Assembly: GCA_934378145.1 (NCBI GenBank)
Contig: CAKXXW010000001.1
Span: 1,458-65,457, forward strand
DNA: 64,000 bases
Origin: an uncultured Eubacteriales bacterium
GTDB lineage: Bacteria > Bacillota > Clostridia > Oscillospirales > CAG-272
Direction of reading: 5' to 3'
Numbering within the stretch: position 1 is the first letter of the stretch; each line of letters opens with the position of its first letter. The translations under genes and the position numbers were made by a program. Positions 35,126 to 46,234 of the stretch are shown piece after piece. The notes under the pieces were generated by a model. It made no database searches, was not told the DNA's origin, and worked only from the letters and a program-made list of their open reading frames with translations.

Positions 35126-35836
35126 CTATATAAAAAACATTGTACCGATGTCGTAAAGAGGGTCGGGCGACAGCGCGACCGGCTCTTTTCCTTCGGTACG
35201 GCAGAAGTCGATTATCCTGTCGCCATCGGGGTGGCTCGCGGGGTCCCCGCAAAAATAAACTCGGTCGCGGTCACGCCCCGAGGCTCCGCCTATAAAGCCC
35301 CCTCCTCGACAGCCCTCAAGGCCGATACCTCCGGGAGAGATTTCAAGCACTCTGATTTTTCTCTCCCTTGCGGCTTTTGCGATACCCGCGTCGGATGTCA
35401 CTATCGCGCCGTCAGAAACATGGCAGACGGAACATTCCGCATAGCCCTGACGCACAGGCGCAAGTGTGAGAGAAGCCCTTTCCGCATATCTCACGATAAG
35501 CTCCGACACCGCGTCCTTACGACAGAAGATATTTTTTCCGACCCTCGCGGCATTGAAAAGAATATCCGACGGGTATTTCTTCCCCGTCGGCTCGTATGAT
35601 ACGGCGATCCCGAGTCCGGTCAGGCGCGAGATCAGTTCAAGCTCGCGCTTTGCGGTCTTTGCATACCCCGCATGACAGAATATCGCATCGCCGAAAAACA
35701 CAAGCATATCGGGATGCGACGCGACCGGAGCGTCAAGTGACTCCGACGGCGGCATAAGTATAGGAAAAAAGCCGCACCTGTCAAGTCCGGCGAGAGAATT
35801 TTCGGATATTCTGCAATCGACAACAGCGTATCTCAT
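35126..35836 (-). CDS. Hypothetical protein (possibly a guanidino-modifying-enzyme-fold family, DUF6873-like)
   Basis: 236 aa containing 'VASHPDMLVFF' and 'CRGGGFIGGASG'. No SD sequence is present, and the ATG lies 7 nt after the rpmB terminator T-run. The family assignment is from memory only. Confidence 0.45.
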   Translation of the reverse strand: MRYAVVDCRISENSLAGLDRCGFFPILMPPSESLDAPVASHPDMLVFFGDAIFCHAGYAKTAKRELELISRLTGLGIAVSYEPTGKKYPSDILFNAARVGKNIFCRKDAVSELIVRYAERASLTLAPVRQGYAECSVCHVSDGAIVTSDAGIAKAARERKIRVLEISPGGIGLEGCRGGGFIGGASGRDRDRVYFCGDPASHPDGDRIIDFCRTEGKEPVALSPDPLYDIGTMFFI

Positions 35837-35842
35837 ACAATT

Positions 35843-35878
35843 AAAAAATCAGGGAACGCCGAGACATTCCCTGTTTTT
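35843..35878 (-). terminator. rpmB terminator
   Basis: Stem CAGGGAA / TTCCCTG flanked by an A-run on the plus strand (T6 in the transcript sense) and a T-run. Confidence 0.75.
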
Positions 35879-35895
35879 ATTCCGATACCAAATAA

Positions 35896-36084
35896 TCAGT
35901 TGGCACGGGTCACTTTGCCCGAACGAAGACATCTGGAGCAAACATGAACGGTCGTGGGAGTGCCGTTGACGATTGCTCTGACCTTGCGCACATTGGGCTT
36001 CCATGTTCTGTTGGTTCTACGATGCGAGTGAGAGACATTCTGTCCGAAAACGACGCCCTTTCCGCAAACATCACACTTTGCCAT
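35896..36084 (-). CDS. rpmB: 50S ribosomal protein L28
   Basis: 62 aa: 'MAKCDVCGKGVVFGQNVSHSHRRTNRTWKPNV'. Confidence 0.95.
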   Translation of the reverse strand: MAKCDVCGKGVVFGQNVSHSHRRTNRTWKPNVRKVRAIVNGTPTTVHVCSRCLRSGKVTRAN

Positions 36085-36152
36085 TGAATGATACCTCCTG
36101 TGGTTTTATGATAAATATAATTTTTCAATCCAATAATTCAGACACAAATGGT

Positions 36153-36181
36153 ATTATATCACATACCTTTTCAAATTGCAA
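36153..36181 (-). promoter_or_regulatory. rpmB promoter
   Basis: Read on the minus strand: TTGCAA, 17-bp spacer, TGaTATAAT. Confidence 0.55.
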
Positions 36182-36191
36182 GGGCTTTTTT

Positions 36192-37808
36192 TCAAATTTC
36201 CCGATTTATTTGCAATTTTCTGTCGGCGACTGGTATTCCGTCGGGTGTTTTTTCGGTTTCGACGATAAATGAGCCGAACGGTACAGTCTCCAAGGGCTTC
36301 TCATACTCGCCGCAGGTCATATCCCTAAGCGCCTTTTCGGCGCCTTCGCTTCCGACAAACGCTGCTGACTTCACATTACCGTCGGCGATAAGCTTTTGAA
36401 CATAATCAAAGAGCAATCTCATATCCCGCATATCGGGAAGCCCGTCCGCACCCGTCCGCGGCGGCAGAACGCTTATCACACCCCGCCTGCGGTCGCCGAC
36501 CTTATCCCATACCGGCACACCATTTATCGGCGCACGCGCGAAAACGGTAAAGCTCTGCTTTTCCGAATCGGTCAGCGTGTTTGACTCTGCCGCAAGGCAA
36601 AGCTCTGTCCTTGCCCGATAGATCCCGAGAAGCATTGCAAGGTCTCCGCCTATATCTTTCCCGAGACGGGACGCAAGAGACAGTGTGACCTTCCTGTAAT
36701 CGGCACCCGCCGCGACGAGCCTTCCGACAGCCTCGATAACAGCCTTAGCACTCGTGAGAAAATCGGGTGTCCCCACCGACAGCGCCGTATATACATTTCC
36801 GTCGCAGGTGAAATAGCCCTCAAAATCCTCGGTTTCTTCGCCGTCAAGTATGACCGAAAAGTGCTTTTCGGTATCCGCCGCGGCGCTGTCATCGCAAATA
36901 TCCGCAGTGACGCGTCCGGCGTCGGCTATCGCGCGAAGGAGCGACACCGGAAATGATATCGGGTATCCCCCGCCGTAGACCACGGTGAGCCTTTGCGCAT
37001 CCGACTTTCTTCCGACCGGTCTTACATAAAGCCCGGCATCCGAAAGACGGCGGCAGACCGCAGGCACATCCGGCTGATCGACGAGAAGCAACATACTGTC
37101 GGGAAATTCCTTTGTCAGGACATCCGGAGACTGCACCCCCGAAGTTCCGTCAAAGCCGCTGAGATTCACAAATGCACTCTTCCCCGCCGCAAGCATAACG
37201 GCAAGCATTCCGCCCTTGCCCGTTTTAGCGGAAAAGATAACATTTTTATCCGCGATCATCCTGTCGATCATATCCGTCCGTTCGCCGGCAAAGCCGGTCC
37301 CCGCGGCGGATACGAAGCAATATGTTCCCGAAGTCTCTTTCCTACTTGTCTTCTTTACCTCGGAAGGTGCAAACCCGGTTTCGTCTGCGCCGCAGGCGAG
37401 TCTCACTCTGCCGTCCGCGTGAAGCATATCGGGCAGTTTTCCGGCCCTCTCGAGCCGAATATCCGCTGCCGTGGCAATATCAGAGAGGCGATAGCCTCCT
37501 TTTACCTCGATATTGCGTCTTATGTCATCAAAAGCCTCTCCCGCCGCCGCGCTTTCCGAACGCACCTCGGTTATACGCACATTCGACGCAAGAGTCCCGA
37601 CCGCCGCAAGCCCGTCGAGCAGGTAAAGCTCCGAAAGTGTGGGGTCGCGCTTTTCGAGCTTTGTATAGACCTCGGCGATCATACGCAGCTTTGACACCGG
37701 CATATTGAGTTTATAGTAGGTACGGAGAGAGTCGAGAGCCTCTCCCTTCGCCGCTCTGAAGCCCGCTACCGCGCGGAACGGATCATATCCTCTGTCATTC
37801 GTTTCCAT
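36192..37808 (-). CDS. Hypothetical protein with a PurL (FGAM synthase) linker-like N-terminal region
   Basis: 538 aa from ATG 37808 (GGGGGA RBS). The segment 'MPVSKLRMIAEVYTKLEKRDPTLSELYLLDGLAAV' resembles the FGAR-AT linker, but the SEHC motif is absent. Confidence 0.4.
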   Translation of the reverse strand: METNDRGYDPFRAVAGFRAAKGEALDSLRTYYKLNMPVSKLRMIAEVYTKLEKRDPTLSELYLLDGLAAVGTLASNVRITEVRSESAAAGEAFDDIRRNIEVKGGYRLSDIATAADIRLERAGKLPDMLHADGRVRLACGADETGFAPSEVKKTSRKETSGTYCFVSAAGTGFAGERTDMIDRMIADKNVIFSAKTGKGGMLAVMLAAGKSAFVNLSGFDGTSGVQSPDVLTKEFPDSMLLLVDQPDVPAVCRRLSDAGLYVRPVGRKSDAQRLTVVYGGGYPISFPVSLLRAIADAGRVTADICDDSAAADTEKHFSVILDGEETEDFEGYFTCDGNVYTALSVGTPDFLTSAKAVIEAVGRLVAAGADYRKVTLSLASRLGKDIGGDLAMLLGIYRARTELCLAAESNTLTDSEKQSFTVFARAPINGVPVWDKVGDRRRGVISVLPPRTGADGLPDMRDMRLLFDYVQKLIADGNVKSAAFVGSEGAEKALRDMTCGEYEKPLETVPFGSFIVETEKTPDGIPVADRKLQINREI

Positions 37809-37821
37809 AACTTTCCCCCGC

Positions 37822-39135
37822 TCATTCGTCCGTAACAAGACTTCCAAGGCAGATACCGCCCTGCCTGCCTTCTATCCTTACATCGGCATAGGTCGCGTGA
37901 AGATTTTTGTCGGTCCTCACCCCGACCTCAACAAATGACGCCGTATGTCCACAGAAAAGCTCACCGTCGCGCGCCTCGAAAAGCACCCTGACAGTCTGAC
38001 CCTTCATACCGTCAAGAATCGCCGCGGTCATTTCCTTCTGCGCCTCAATAAGCCTTGCCGAGCGCTCGTGCTTCACCTGCGGATCCACCTGACCCGCCAT
38101 AGCCGCCGCCGGAGTTCCCGCCCTGCGGCTGTAGGAAAAGATGTGCGCGTCAAGAAATCCGACCTTTTTCATAAATTCAAGCGTTTCGGTAAATTCCGCG
38201 TCGGTCTCACCCGGGAATCCCACTATCATATCGCAGGTAAGCTGTACCCCGGGAAGCGCCGCTTTCAGCCGTCCGATGCCTTCAAGTGCCATTTCGGCGC
38301 TGTAACGCCTTTTCATCCTTGCAAGGACGCTGCTGCTCCCGCTCTGCATCGAAAGGTGAAAATGAGGTGCCAGCGACCGCAGTCCCGAAATTTTCTCAAC
38401 GAATTCCTTCCTGAAAAGCGAAGGGTCGAGCGAGCTGAGCCGTATCCTCATATCATCTCCCGCGATCCCGTCCGCATCGGCAAGAAGGTCACCGAGCCTG
38501 TATCCGTCGGTAAATTCCCTTCCGTACGCGGCGGTCTCTATCCCCGTAAGCACTACCTCACGGCAACCGCCAGCCTTGAGCTGTGCGATCTCGTCAAGGA
38601 CATCCGCCGCCGGCTTTGACCTTATGCTCCCCCGCGCTCGCGGGATTATGCAGTAGGTGCAGTTCGACTCACATCCGTCTTCTATTTTAATATAAGCGCG
38701 GGTGCGCGGGAAGCTCTTTATGCTCATATTCTCAAAGCCCGCACCGCCGAGATCGTCGACCTCAACGATCGGGGGCTTCTGCTTGCCCCTCCCGACGAGG
38801 CGCAGCGCAGCATCGACCGTGCGCAGCTTGTCGCGGCAACCGCAGATATAGTCGACCCCCGAAATAGACGCCACGGAGCCGGCAGAGACCTGCGTCAGGC
38901 AGCCCGTTACTATCACGGTCGCCGAAGGGTTTTCGCTTATCGCACGGCGTATGAACTGGCGCGACTTTCTGTCGCTCTCGCCGGTGACCGTGCAGGTGTT
39001 TATTATGTAGGCATCGCAGACCTCCGACGGATCACGGACAACAAATCCCGCCTTCTCCGCCGATTCCGCGATAGCCTCGCTCTCGTACTGATTTACCTTG
39101 CAGCCGAGAGTATATATACCGAGAGTATATTCCAT
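37822..39135 (-). CDS. mtaB: tRNA (t6A37) methylthiotransferase MtaB
   Basis: 437 aa from ATG 39135. UPF0004 N-terminus is 'IYTLGCKVNQYESE', the radical-SAM motif is 'CESNCTYCIIP', and a C-terminal TRAM domain is present. Confidence 0.85.
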   Translation of the reverse strand: MEYTLGIYTLGCKVNQYESEAIAESAEKAGFVVRDPSEVCDAYIINTCTVTGESDRKSRQFIRRAISENPSATVIVTGCLTQVSAGSVASISGVDYICGCRDKLRTVDAALRLVGRGKQKPPIVEVDDLGGAGFENMSIKSFPRTRAYIKIEDGCESNCTYCIIPRARGSIRSKPAADVLDEIAQLKAGGCREVVLTGIETAAYGREFTDGYRLGDLLADADGIAGDDMRIRLSSLDPSLFRKEFVEKISGLRSLAPHFHLSMQSGSSSVLARMKRRYSAEMALEGIGRLKAALPGVQLTCDMIVGFPGETDAEFTETLEFMKKVGFLDAHIFSYSRRAGTPAAAMAGQVDPQVKHERSARLIEAQKEMTAAILDGMKGQTVRVLFEARDGELFCGHTASFVEVGVRTDKNLHATYADVRIEGRQGGICLGSLVTDE

Positions 39136-39136
39136 A

Positions 39137-39421
39137 TCAATAGTACTTTGACCAACCTTCGTCATCCTTTGTGGTTCCCGACGCAGTGGGTTCGGGGCTT
39201 TTTTCGGTAATGCTTTCGGACGCACTTTCTCCGCTGTCACCCGCAGTCCCCGACTGCGAAGGCTTTTCCGTATCGCCGGTATCAGAAGGCGCTTCGCTTA
39301 CGGGATCACCGGATGCCGAGCTTCCGTCAGGCTGTTCGCCGTCGGTACATGACGCAAAAGCAATTATGATAAGCAGAACGGCAAGCAAAGCCGCCGAAAG
39401 TCCGATAGTTTTTCTTTTCAC
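39137..39421 (-). CDS. Small acidic low-complexity lipoprotein
   Basis: 94 aa with a GTG start. Signal peptide and lipobox are 'IAFASC', followed by a tail rich in S, G, D, E, T and P. Confidence 0.5.
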   Translation of the reverse strand: MKRKTIGLSAALLAVLLIIIAFASCTDGEQPDGSSASGDPVSEAPSDTGDTEKPSQSGTAGDSGESASESITEKSPEPTASGTTKDDEGWSKYY

Positions 39422-39453
39422 AACCGTCTCTCCTTTATTGCTGTATACATTAT

Positions 39454-39482
39454 ATTATACTGTATTTTCCCTCCCCTGTCAA
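39454..39482 (-). promoter_or_regulatory. Promoter of the lipoprotein-mtaB operon
   Basis: Read on the minus strand: TTGACA, 17-bp spacer, TATAAT. Confidence 0.55.
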
Positions 39483-39573
39483 GCAATAATAATATGGATC
39501 GGACGCTTTGGCGGTCAGTATTTGCGTCTGCTTACAATTTACAATTTGTTAATATCTTTTTGCCTGCCGCCTA

Positions 39574-39602
39574 TTGACAAAATGAGTTGATTGAGGTAAT
39601 AT
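39574..39602 (+). promoter_or_regulatory. hrcA operon promoter
   Basis: TTGACA (39574-39579), 17-bp spacer, TAATAT (39597-39602). Confidence 0.6.
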
Positions 39603-39613
39603 TATAGCATCAG

Positions 39614-39640
39614 TTAGCACTTAAGTGCATTGAGTGCTAA
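39614..39640 (+). promoter_or_regulatory. CIRCE operator (HrcA binding site)
   Basis: TTAGCACTT-N9-GAGTGCTAA matches the consensus TTAGCACTC-N9-GAGTGCTAA. It lies between the -10 and the hrcA RBS. Confidence 0.9.
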
Positions 39641-39662
39641 AGCCTGACTAAGGAGGTCGGTT

Positions 39663-40748
39663 ATGTTCGGAGATGAACTCAGTGAGCGCAAACAAAAGAT
39701 ACTGAAAGCGCTCGTCGAAGCACATATTGAAGCCGGCGAACCGGTCGGATCGAAATTCCTGACGGAGAACAAGCAGATAGCCTGCTCTTCTGCCACGATA
39801 CGGAACGAGATGGCGGAGCTTGAAGCGCTCGGATACCTTGAACAGCCTCACACCTCTGCCGGGCGTGTGCCAAGCGAGCTGGGATACAGATTCTATGTAA
39901 ATTCCCTCGCCCACGATTACGCCATGACGACCTGCGAGATAGAGGAGATAAACAAGCTCCTCAAAGTCAAGATGAAAGAGGTCGACCAGATACTTCTGCT
40001 CGCCTCAAAGGTCGCCTCCGCCCTTACGAACTATACGGGTATCGCGGTAAAGCCGAGAAATCCCGATGTCACGGTGACCCGGTTCGAGGGATTTGTCATA
40101 GATCCGAATACATTCGTACTCGTGATGGTGATGTCGACCTCGGCGGTCAAGACAAAGAGCATCCGCGCCGAAAACGGGATAGACCCCGAAAAGCTCGGCA
40201 GGCTCGTGACACTTCTCAACCGCTACATCGCGGGACTTACCTCGTCGGCAATAACGCTCCCCATCATAATGGAGCTTGAAGCCGAGCTTGGTGCCGACTC
40301 GGAATTCGTCACACCGATAATCAAGATAATTTACGATGTGATGAACGAGGTCGACCGCGGCGAGCTTAAATTCTCCGGCGTTGACAGACTTCTTCAGTAT
40401 CCCGAATATTCGGATACCGAGGAATTCCGCGAGATGCTCGGAGCGCTTGAGGATAAAGAGGATATACTCAACATCGTCTCGGAGGCTAAGGACGACAAGA
40501 TAAATGTCGTGATAGGCTCCGAAAGCTCGGTGAAAGTCATGAATCATTCCTCGATAGTCTTCAAACCGATAACCACAAAGGACGGCAGAACGCTCGGTGC
40601 CATCGGAGTCATAGGTCCCCTGCGAATGGATTACGCAAAGGTCCTTGCAACGATCGCCGGCGTGTCGGGAAGGCTCGCCGATCTGCTGAACGATACGGCG
40701 CTTCCCGAAAGCAAAGATAACGAAGGAGATATAAAATATGGACAATAA
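39663..40748 (+). CDS. hrcA: Heat-inducible transcription repressor HrcA
   Basis: 361 aa with 'LSERKQKILKALVEAHIEAGEPVGSKFL'. AAGGAGG RBS. Confidence 0.95.
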   Translation: MFGDELSERKQKILKALVEAHIEAGEPVGSKFLTENKQIACSSATIRNEMAELEALGYLEQPHTSAGRVPSELGYRFYVNSLAHDYAMTTCEIEEINKLLKVKMKEVDQILLLASKVASALTNYTGIAVKPRNPDVTVTRFEGFVIDPNTFVLVMVMSTSAVKTKSIRAENGIDPEKLGRLVTLLNRYIAGLTSSAITLPIIMELEAELGADSEFVTPIIKIIYDVMNEVDRGELKFSGVDRLLQYPEYSDTEEFREMLGALEDKEDILNIVSEAKDDKINVVIGSESSVKVMNHSSIVFKPITTKDGRTLGAIGVIGPLRMDYAKVLATIAGVSGRLADLLNDTALPESKDNEGDIKYGQ

Positions 40749-41322
40749 CGAAGAAAAGGTTCAGCCCGGCACGGAAGCCGAAGAGGTAAAGACCGAACAG
40801 GCAGCAAATACCGAAACGGCTGACGCTCCCGAGGAAACAAAAAAAGAAAAGAAAAAGGTCAAAAAGCTCGAAGCAGAGCTTGAAAAAGCCAAAGCAGACC
40901 TCAAAAAGACCGAAGGAAAGCTCGATGAGCTTAACGACAGGTACATGAGGATGCTTGCCGAATACGACAATTACAGAAGACGCACGGCAAAGGAACACGA
41001 CAACATCTACGGTGACGCTTACGGCGATGCCGTGAAGCAGATCCTGCCCGTTATCGACAACCTTGAACGCGCCGCTATGTATAAGGATTCCGATTCGGTC
41101 GCAAAGGGCGTTCAGATGACCCTCAAGTCCTGCAACGATATGCTCTCGAAGCTCGGGATCACCGAGATCGAGACGAAGACCTTCGATCCCGCCTTCCACA
41201 ATGCCGTGATGCACATCGAAGATGAAGCCTACGGTGAGGGCGAGATTGTCGAGGTCCTGCAAAAGGGCTATATGAAGGGTGACAAGGTCATCCGCTATGC
41301 AATGGTAAAAGTTGCAAACTGA
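40738..41322 (+). CDS. grpE: Nucleotide exchange factor GrpE
   Basis: 194 aa with an acidic/coiled-coil N-terminus, 'RMLAEYDNYRRRT' and 'FDPAFHNAV'. Confidence 0.95.
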   Translation: MDNNEEKVQPGTEAEEVKTEQAANTETADAPEETKKEKKKVKKLEAELEKAKADLKKTEGKLDELNDRYMRMLAEYDNYRRRTAKEHDNIYGDAYGDAVKQILPVIDNLERAAMYKDSDSVAKGVQMTLKSCNDMLSKLGITEIETKTFDPAFHNAVMHIEDEAYGEGEIVEVLQKGYMKGDKVIRYAMVKVAN

Positions 41323-41328
41323 AACTGA

Positions 41329-43206
<1,878 letters not shown>

Positions 43207-43216
43207 GCATAAAGTC

Positions 43217-43252
43217 CGCAGGAACCGGGCTTGGCTCGGTTCCTGCGCTTTT
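43217..43252 (+). terminator. Weak or partial terminator between dnaK and dnaJ
   Basis: 11-bp stem CGCAGGAACCG / CGGTTCCTGCG followed by CTTTT. Confidence 0.45.
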
Positions 43253-43338
43253 CCGGCGGTAAACAGTACCGCCGTTTTGGCTTTACCGAGGGTAGAGCCT
43301 CAAATCACCGTTGTTCCGGAGAAGGAAGGTCACAATAT

Positions 43339-44469
43339 ATGGCAGACAAAAGAGATTTCTATGAGGTGCTGGGCGTTTCCAAAAATGCCTCCGATGAGGA
43401 GCTGAAACGGGCGTACCGCACCCTTGCAAAAAAATATCACCCCGATATGAATCCGGGCGACAAGGAAGCCGAAGCCAAATTCAAAGAGGTCAATGAGGCT
43501 TACGCTATCCTTTCCGACCCCGAAAAGCGCGCGGCGTACGATAATTACGGTCACAGCGCCTTCGACGGCACGGGCACCCCCACCGGCGGAGCCTACGATA
43601 TGTCGGGCTTCGATTTCGGCGACATCGGGGACATTTTCAGCAGCTTTTTCGGCGGCGGAGGGAGAAGTTCGTCCTCAAGGCGCAACAGCCCCGTCCGCGG
43701 CGACGACATAGGTCTGCGCGTTGATCTTACCTTCGAGGAATCATTCTTCGGCGTGAAAAAGGATATAAGCTACAACCGCATACAGAGATGCTCCGAATGT
43801 GGCGGCTCGGGTGCCGCCAGGGGCACGAGCGCGAAGACCTGCCCCGATTGCGGCGGCTCGGGTCAGCGCCGCGTAAATCAGCGCATCGGCGGTATGACAT
43901 TCCAGTCGACCGTCACCTGCGACAGGTGCCGCGGGACCGGTAAGATCATCGATACTCCCTGCCAGAGCTGCCGCGGGACCGGCTATGTCAAGGTCACAAA
44001 GAAGTTACAGGTATCTATCCCCGCCGGCATCGAAAACGGCGGCAGAGTGGCTCTTCGCGGTCAGGGCAGCGACGGCAGCAACGGAGGAGAAGCCGGCGAC
44101 CTTATCCTTGTGATAAATGTCAGGCCGAGCGATATTTTCATGCGCGACGGCAACAATGTCAGGTGCGAGGTCCCGATCTCTGTCCCCGAAGCGACCCTCG
44201 GCGCCGAAATAGATGTACCGACGCTTGACGGCTCGGTCAAATACACGATCCCTGAAGGCACTCAGCCGGGCACCTCTTTCACGATCCGCGGCAAGGGCTT
44301 CCCTTATGTCAACTCTTCAAAGAAGGGCGACCTCATTTTCACCGTTAAAGTCGAGATCCCTTCAAAGCTCACAGGCAAGCAGAAGGATATCATGAGGCAG
44401 TTCGCAGAGAGCTGCGGCTCGACAAATTATTCAAAGCGCGAGAGCTTCTTCAAGCGCTTCAAAAAATAA
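43339..44469 (+). CDS. dnaJ: Molecular chaperone DnaJ
   Basis: 376 aa from ATG 43339. The J-domain has 'KYHPDMNP', followed by a G/F region and four CxxCxGxG zinc motifs. Confidence 0.95.
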   Translation: MADKRDFYEVLGVSKNASDEELKRAYRTLAKKYHPDMNPGDKEAEAKFKEVNEAYAILSDPEKRAAYDNYGHSAFDGTGTPTGGAYDMSGFDFGDIGDIFSSFFGGGGRSSSSRRNSPVRGDDIGLRVDLTFEESFFGVKKDISYNRIQRCSECGGSGAARGTSAKTCPDCGGSGQRRVNQRIGGMTFQSTVTCDRCRGTGKIIDTPCQSCRGTGYVKVTKKLQVSIPAGIENGGRVALRGQGSDGSNGGEAGDLILVINVRPSDIFMRDGNNVRCEVPISVPEATLGAEIDVPTLDGSVKYTIPEGTQPGTSFTIRGKGFPYVNSSKKGDLIFTVKVEIPSKLTGKQKDIMRQFAESCGSTNYSKRESFFKRFKK

Positions 44470-44490
44470 CATCCCCGAAAGGTACAGGAT

Positions 44491-45420
44491 ATGGATAACA
44501 GCTTCAGAGACTGGACACAGGTAAAGCTCACCGTCGCGCTCGGCGACCTTGAGACGGCCTCTGCCATTATGAGCATGATAGACAACAACCTTCAGATAGA
44601 GGATTACTCCGATATAGACCTCAAGTCATGCTACGGAGATCTGATAGACGAAAGCATCCTCAATGCCGACAAGACGATAGCATCCGTGTCGGTCTACATT
44701 CCCGCCGAGAAGAGCTACGCAGAGGCGCTATCATTCATAAGAGAACATATGAAGATTGCGGGCATCGACGGAAAACTCTCTGTCGTCGGAGTCAATGAAG
44801 AGGATTGGGCGAACAGCTGGAAGGCATTCTACAAGACCACCCGAATCGGCAAGCGGATGGTCATAGTCCCGATGTGGGAGGAATACGATCCGAAACCGGA
44901 CGATGTGGTCGTAAAGATGGATCCCGGAATGGCATTCGGCACCGGAACGCACGAGACCACGCGGCTCGTGATCGGTCTGCTTGAGGATTATGTCAAGCCG
45001 GGTTGCCGCATGCTCGATGTCGGATGCGGCTCGGGAATACTTGCGATCTGCGCCTCAAAGCTCGGCGCGGGTATCTGCCGCGCATACGACATTGACCCCG
45101 TCGCAGTCAGGGTCGCAAAGGAAAATGTCGAGGCATCCGGTCAGACAAACATAAGCTGTGCGCAGTCCGACCTTCTGAAACAGGTCGACCTCTCCGACGG
45201 TGGCTACGATGTGATAACCGCAAACATCGTCGCCGACATAATAATCCGTATGGCTCCCGATGTCGGAGCGTATATGAACGACGGCGCGGTTCTGCTCGCC
45301 TCGGGTGTTATCTCGGAGAGAGCGGACGAGGTGACATCGGCTCTTGAAAACTGCGGGCTTAAGGTAACAAAGCGCTACACCGACAACGGCTGGTGTGCGC
45401 TTGCCGTAATGAAAAAATAA
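44491..45420 (+). CDS. prmA: Ribosomal protein L11 methyltransferase
   Basis: 309 aa with 'DPGMAFGTGTHETT' and 'LDVGCGSGILA'. Confidence 0.9.
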   Translation: MDNSFRDWTQVKLTVALGDLETASAIMSMIDNNLQIEDYSDIDLKSCYGDLIDESILNADKTIASVSVYIPAEKSYAEALSFIREHMKIAGIDGKLSVVGVNEEDWANSWKAFYKTTRIGKRMVIVPMWEEYDPKPDDVVVKMDPGMAFGTGTHETTRLVIGLLEDYVKPGCRMLDVGCGSGILAICASKLGAGICRAYDIDPVAVRVAKENVEASGQTNISCAQSDLLKQVDLSDGGYDVITANIVADIIIRMAPDVGAYMNDGAVLLASGVISERADEVTSALENCGLKVTKRYTDNGWCALAVMKK

Positions 45421-45437
45421 ATTGCTACGCCCAAAAA

Positions 45438-45466
45438 AGGATGCAGGCTCAACCTGCATCCTTTTT
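45438..45466. terminator. Bidirectional terminator
   Basis: Stem AGGATGCAGG / CCTGCATCCT flanked by A6 and T5. It overlaps the stop codon of the ABC-2 permease gene. Confidence 0.8.
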
Positions 45467-46234
45467 CATTCTTAATCCGAATACGAGTACCGCCGCGGCA
45501 AAGGTCACGACTCCGTACACTGCCGATATTACGAGAGGCACCGTAAAAGCGCTGCTGTCGCCCGCCATTATCGCTCTCCCGAGGTCTACCGGATGCCTGA
45601 ACGGAAGTATTTTGCAAAGAGTGCCGAAGAAGTTGCCCTCCGGTATCGTGTCAAGCGAAAACCATATACCGCCGAGAAGTCCGCAGAGCGAAATGATTAT
45701 CGATGAACACGGCGGCGCCGCCTTTTCACTGAAAAGTGTCCCGAATATTATTCCGATCCCGATGAAGAAGAGCGCGCACGGGAGCATCGCGGGGATCAGC
45801 AACAGTGAGCGGGCAAAGCTGTACTCACTGCCCGTAGTAAGCCCTACGATCAAACCTGCAAGAACAGTGATGACAGTCTGCCCTATCGCCATTACCGTCA
45901 GCGGGAGCGCATATCCCGCGATAAAATCGAACGCGGTCATAGGCGAGGTGCGGAGCCTCGTTATCAGCGCCGTACTGCGGTCCTTCGACACCGAAAGAGT
46001 CGCGAAAAGCATTATGAACGACATTCCGAACACCGCGATACCGGGTGTCAGCTTCGCTGCCTCGAAAAGATCCATAGCCTTGGCTCCCGTCGTGGGATCG
46101 GTCGGGATCATGGAGTTTATCGCGGTCATCGCCGCGAGCATCACTATCGGGAAACCGAGGCAGAATATGTAGCTCAGCGGGTCGCGCAGAAGCTCCTTTA
46201 TATTGCGCGAGGCAAAAGAGATCATTCTTCTCAT
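45449..46234 (-). CDS. ABC-2 type transporter permease
   Basis: 261 aa with N-terminus 'RNIKELLRDPLSYIF' and 6 hydrophobic helices. ATGA overlap with the ATPase gene. Confidence 0.8.
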   Translation of the reverse strand: MRRMISFASRNIKELLRDPLSYIFCLGFPIVMLAAMTAINSMIPTDPTTGAKAMDLFEAAKLTPGIAVFGMSFIMLFATLSVSKDRSTALITRLRTSPMTAFDFIAGYALPLTVMAIGQTVITVLAGLIVGLTTGSEYSFARSLLLIPAMLPCALFFIGIGIIFGTLFSEKAAPPCSSIIISLCGLLGGIWFSLDTIPEGNFFGTLCKILPFRHPVDLGRAIMAGDSSAFTVPLVISAVYGVVTFAAAVLVFGLRMKKDAG

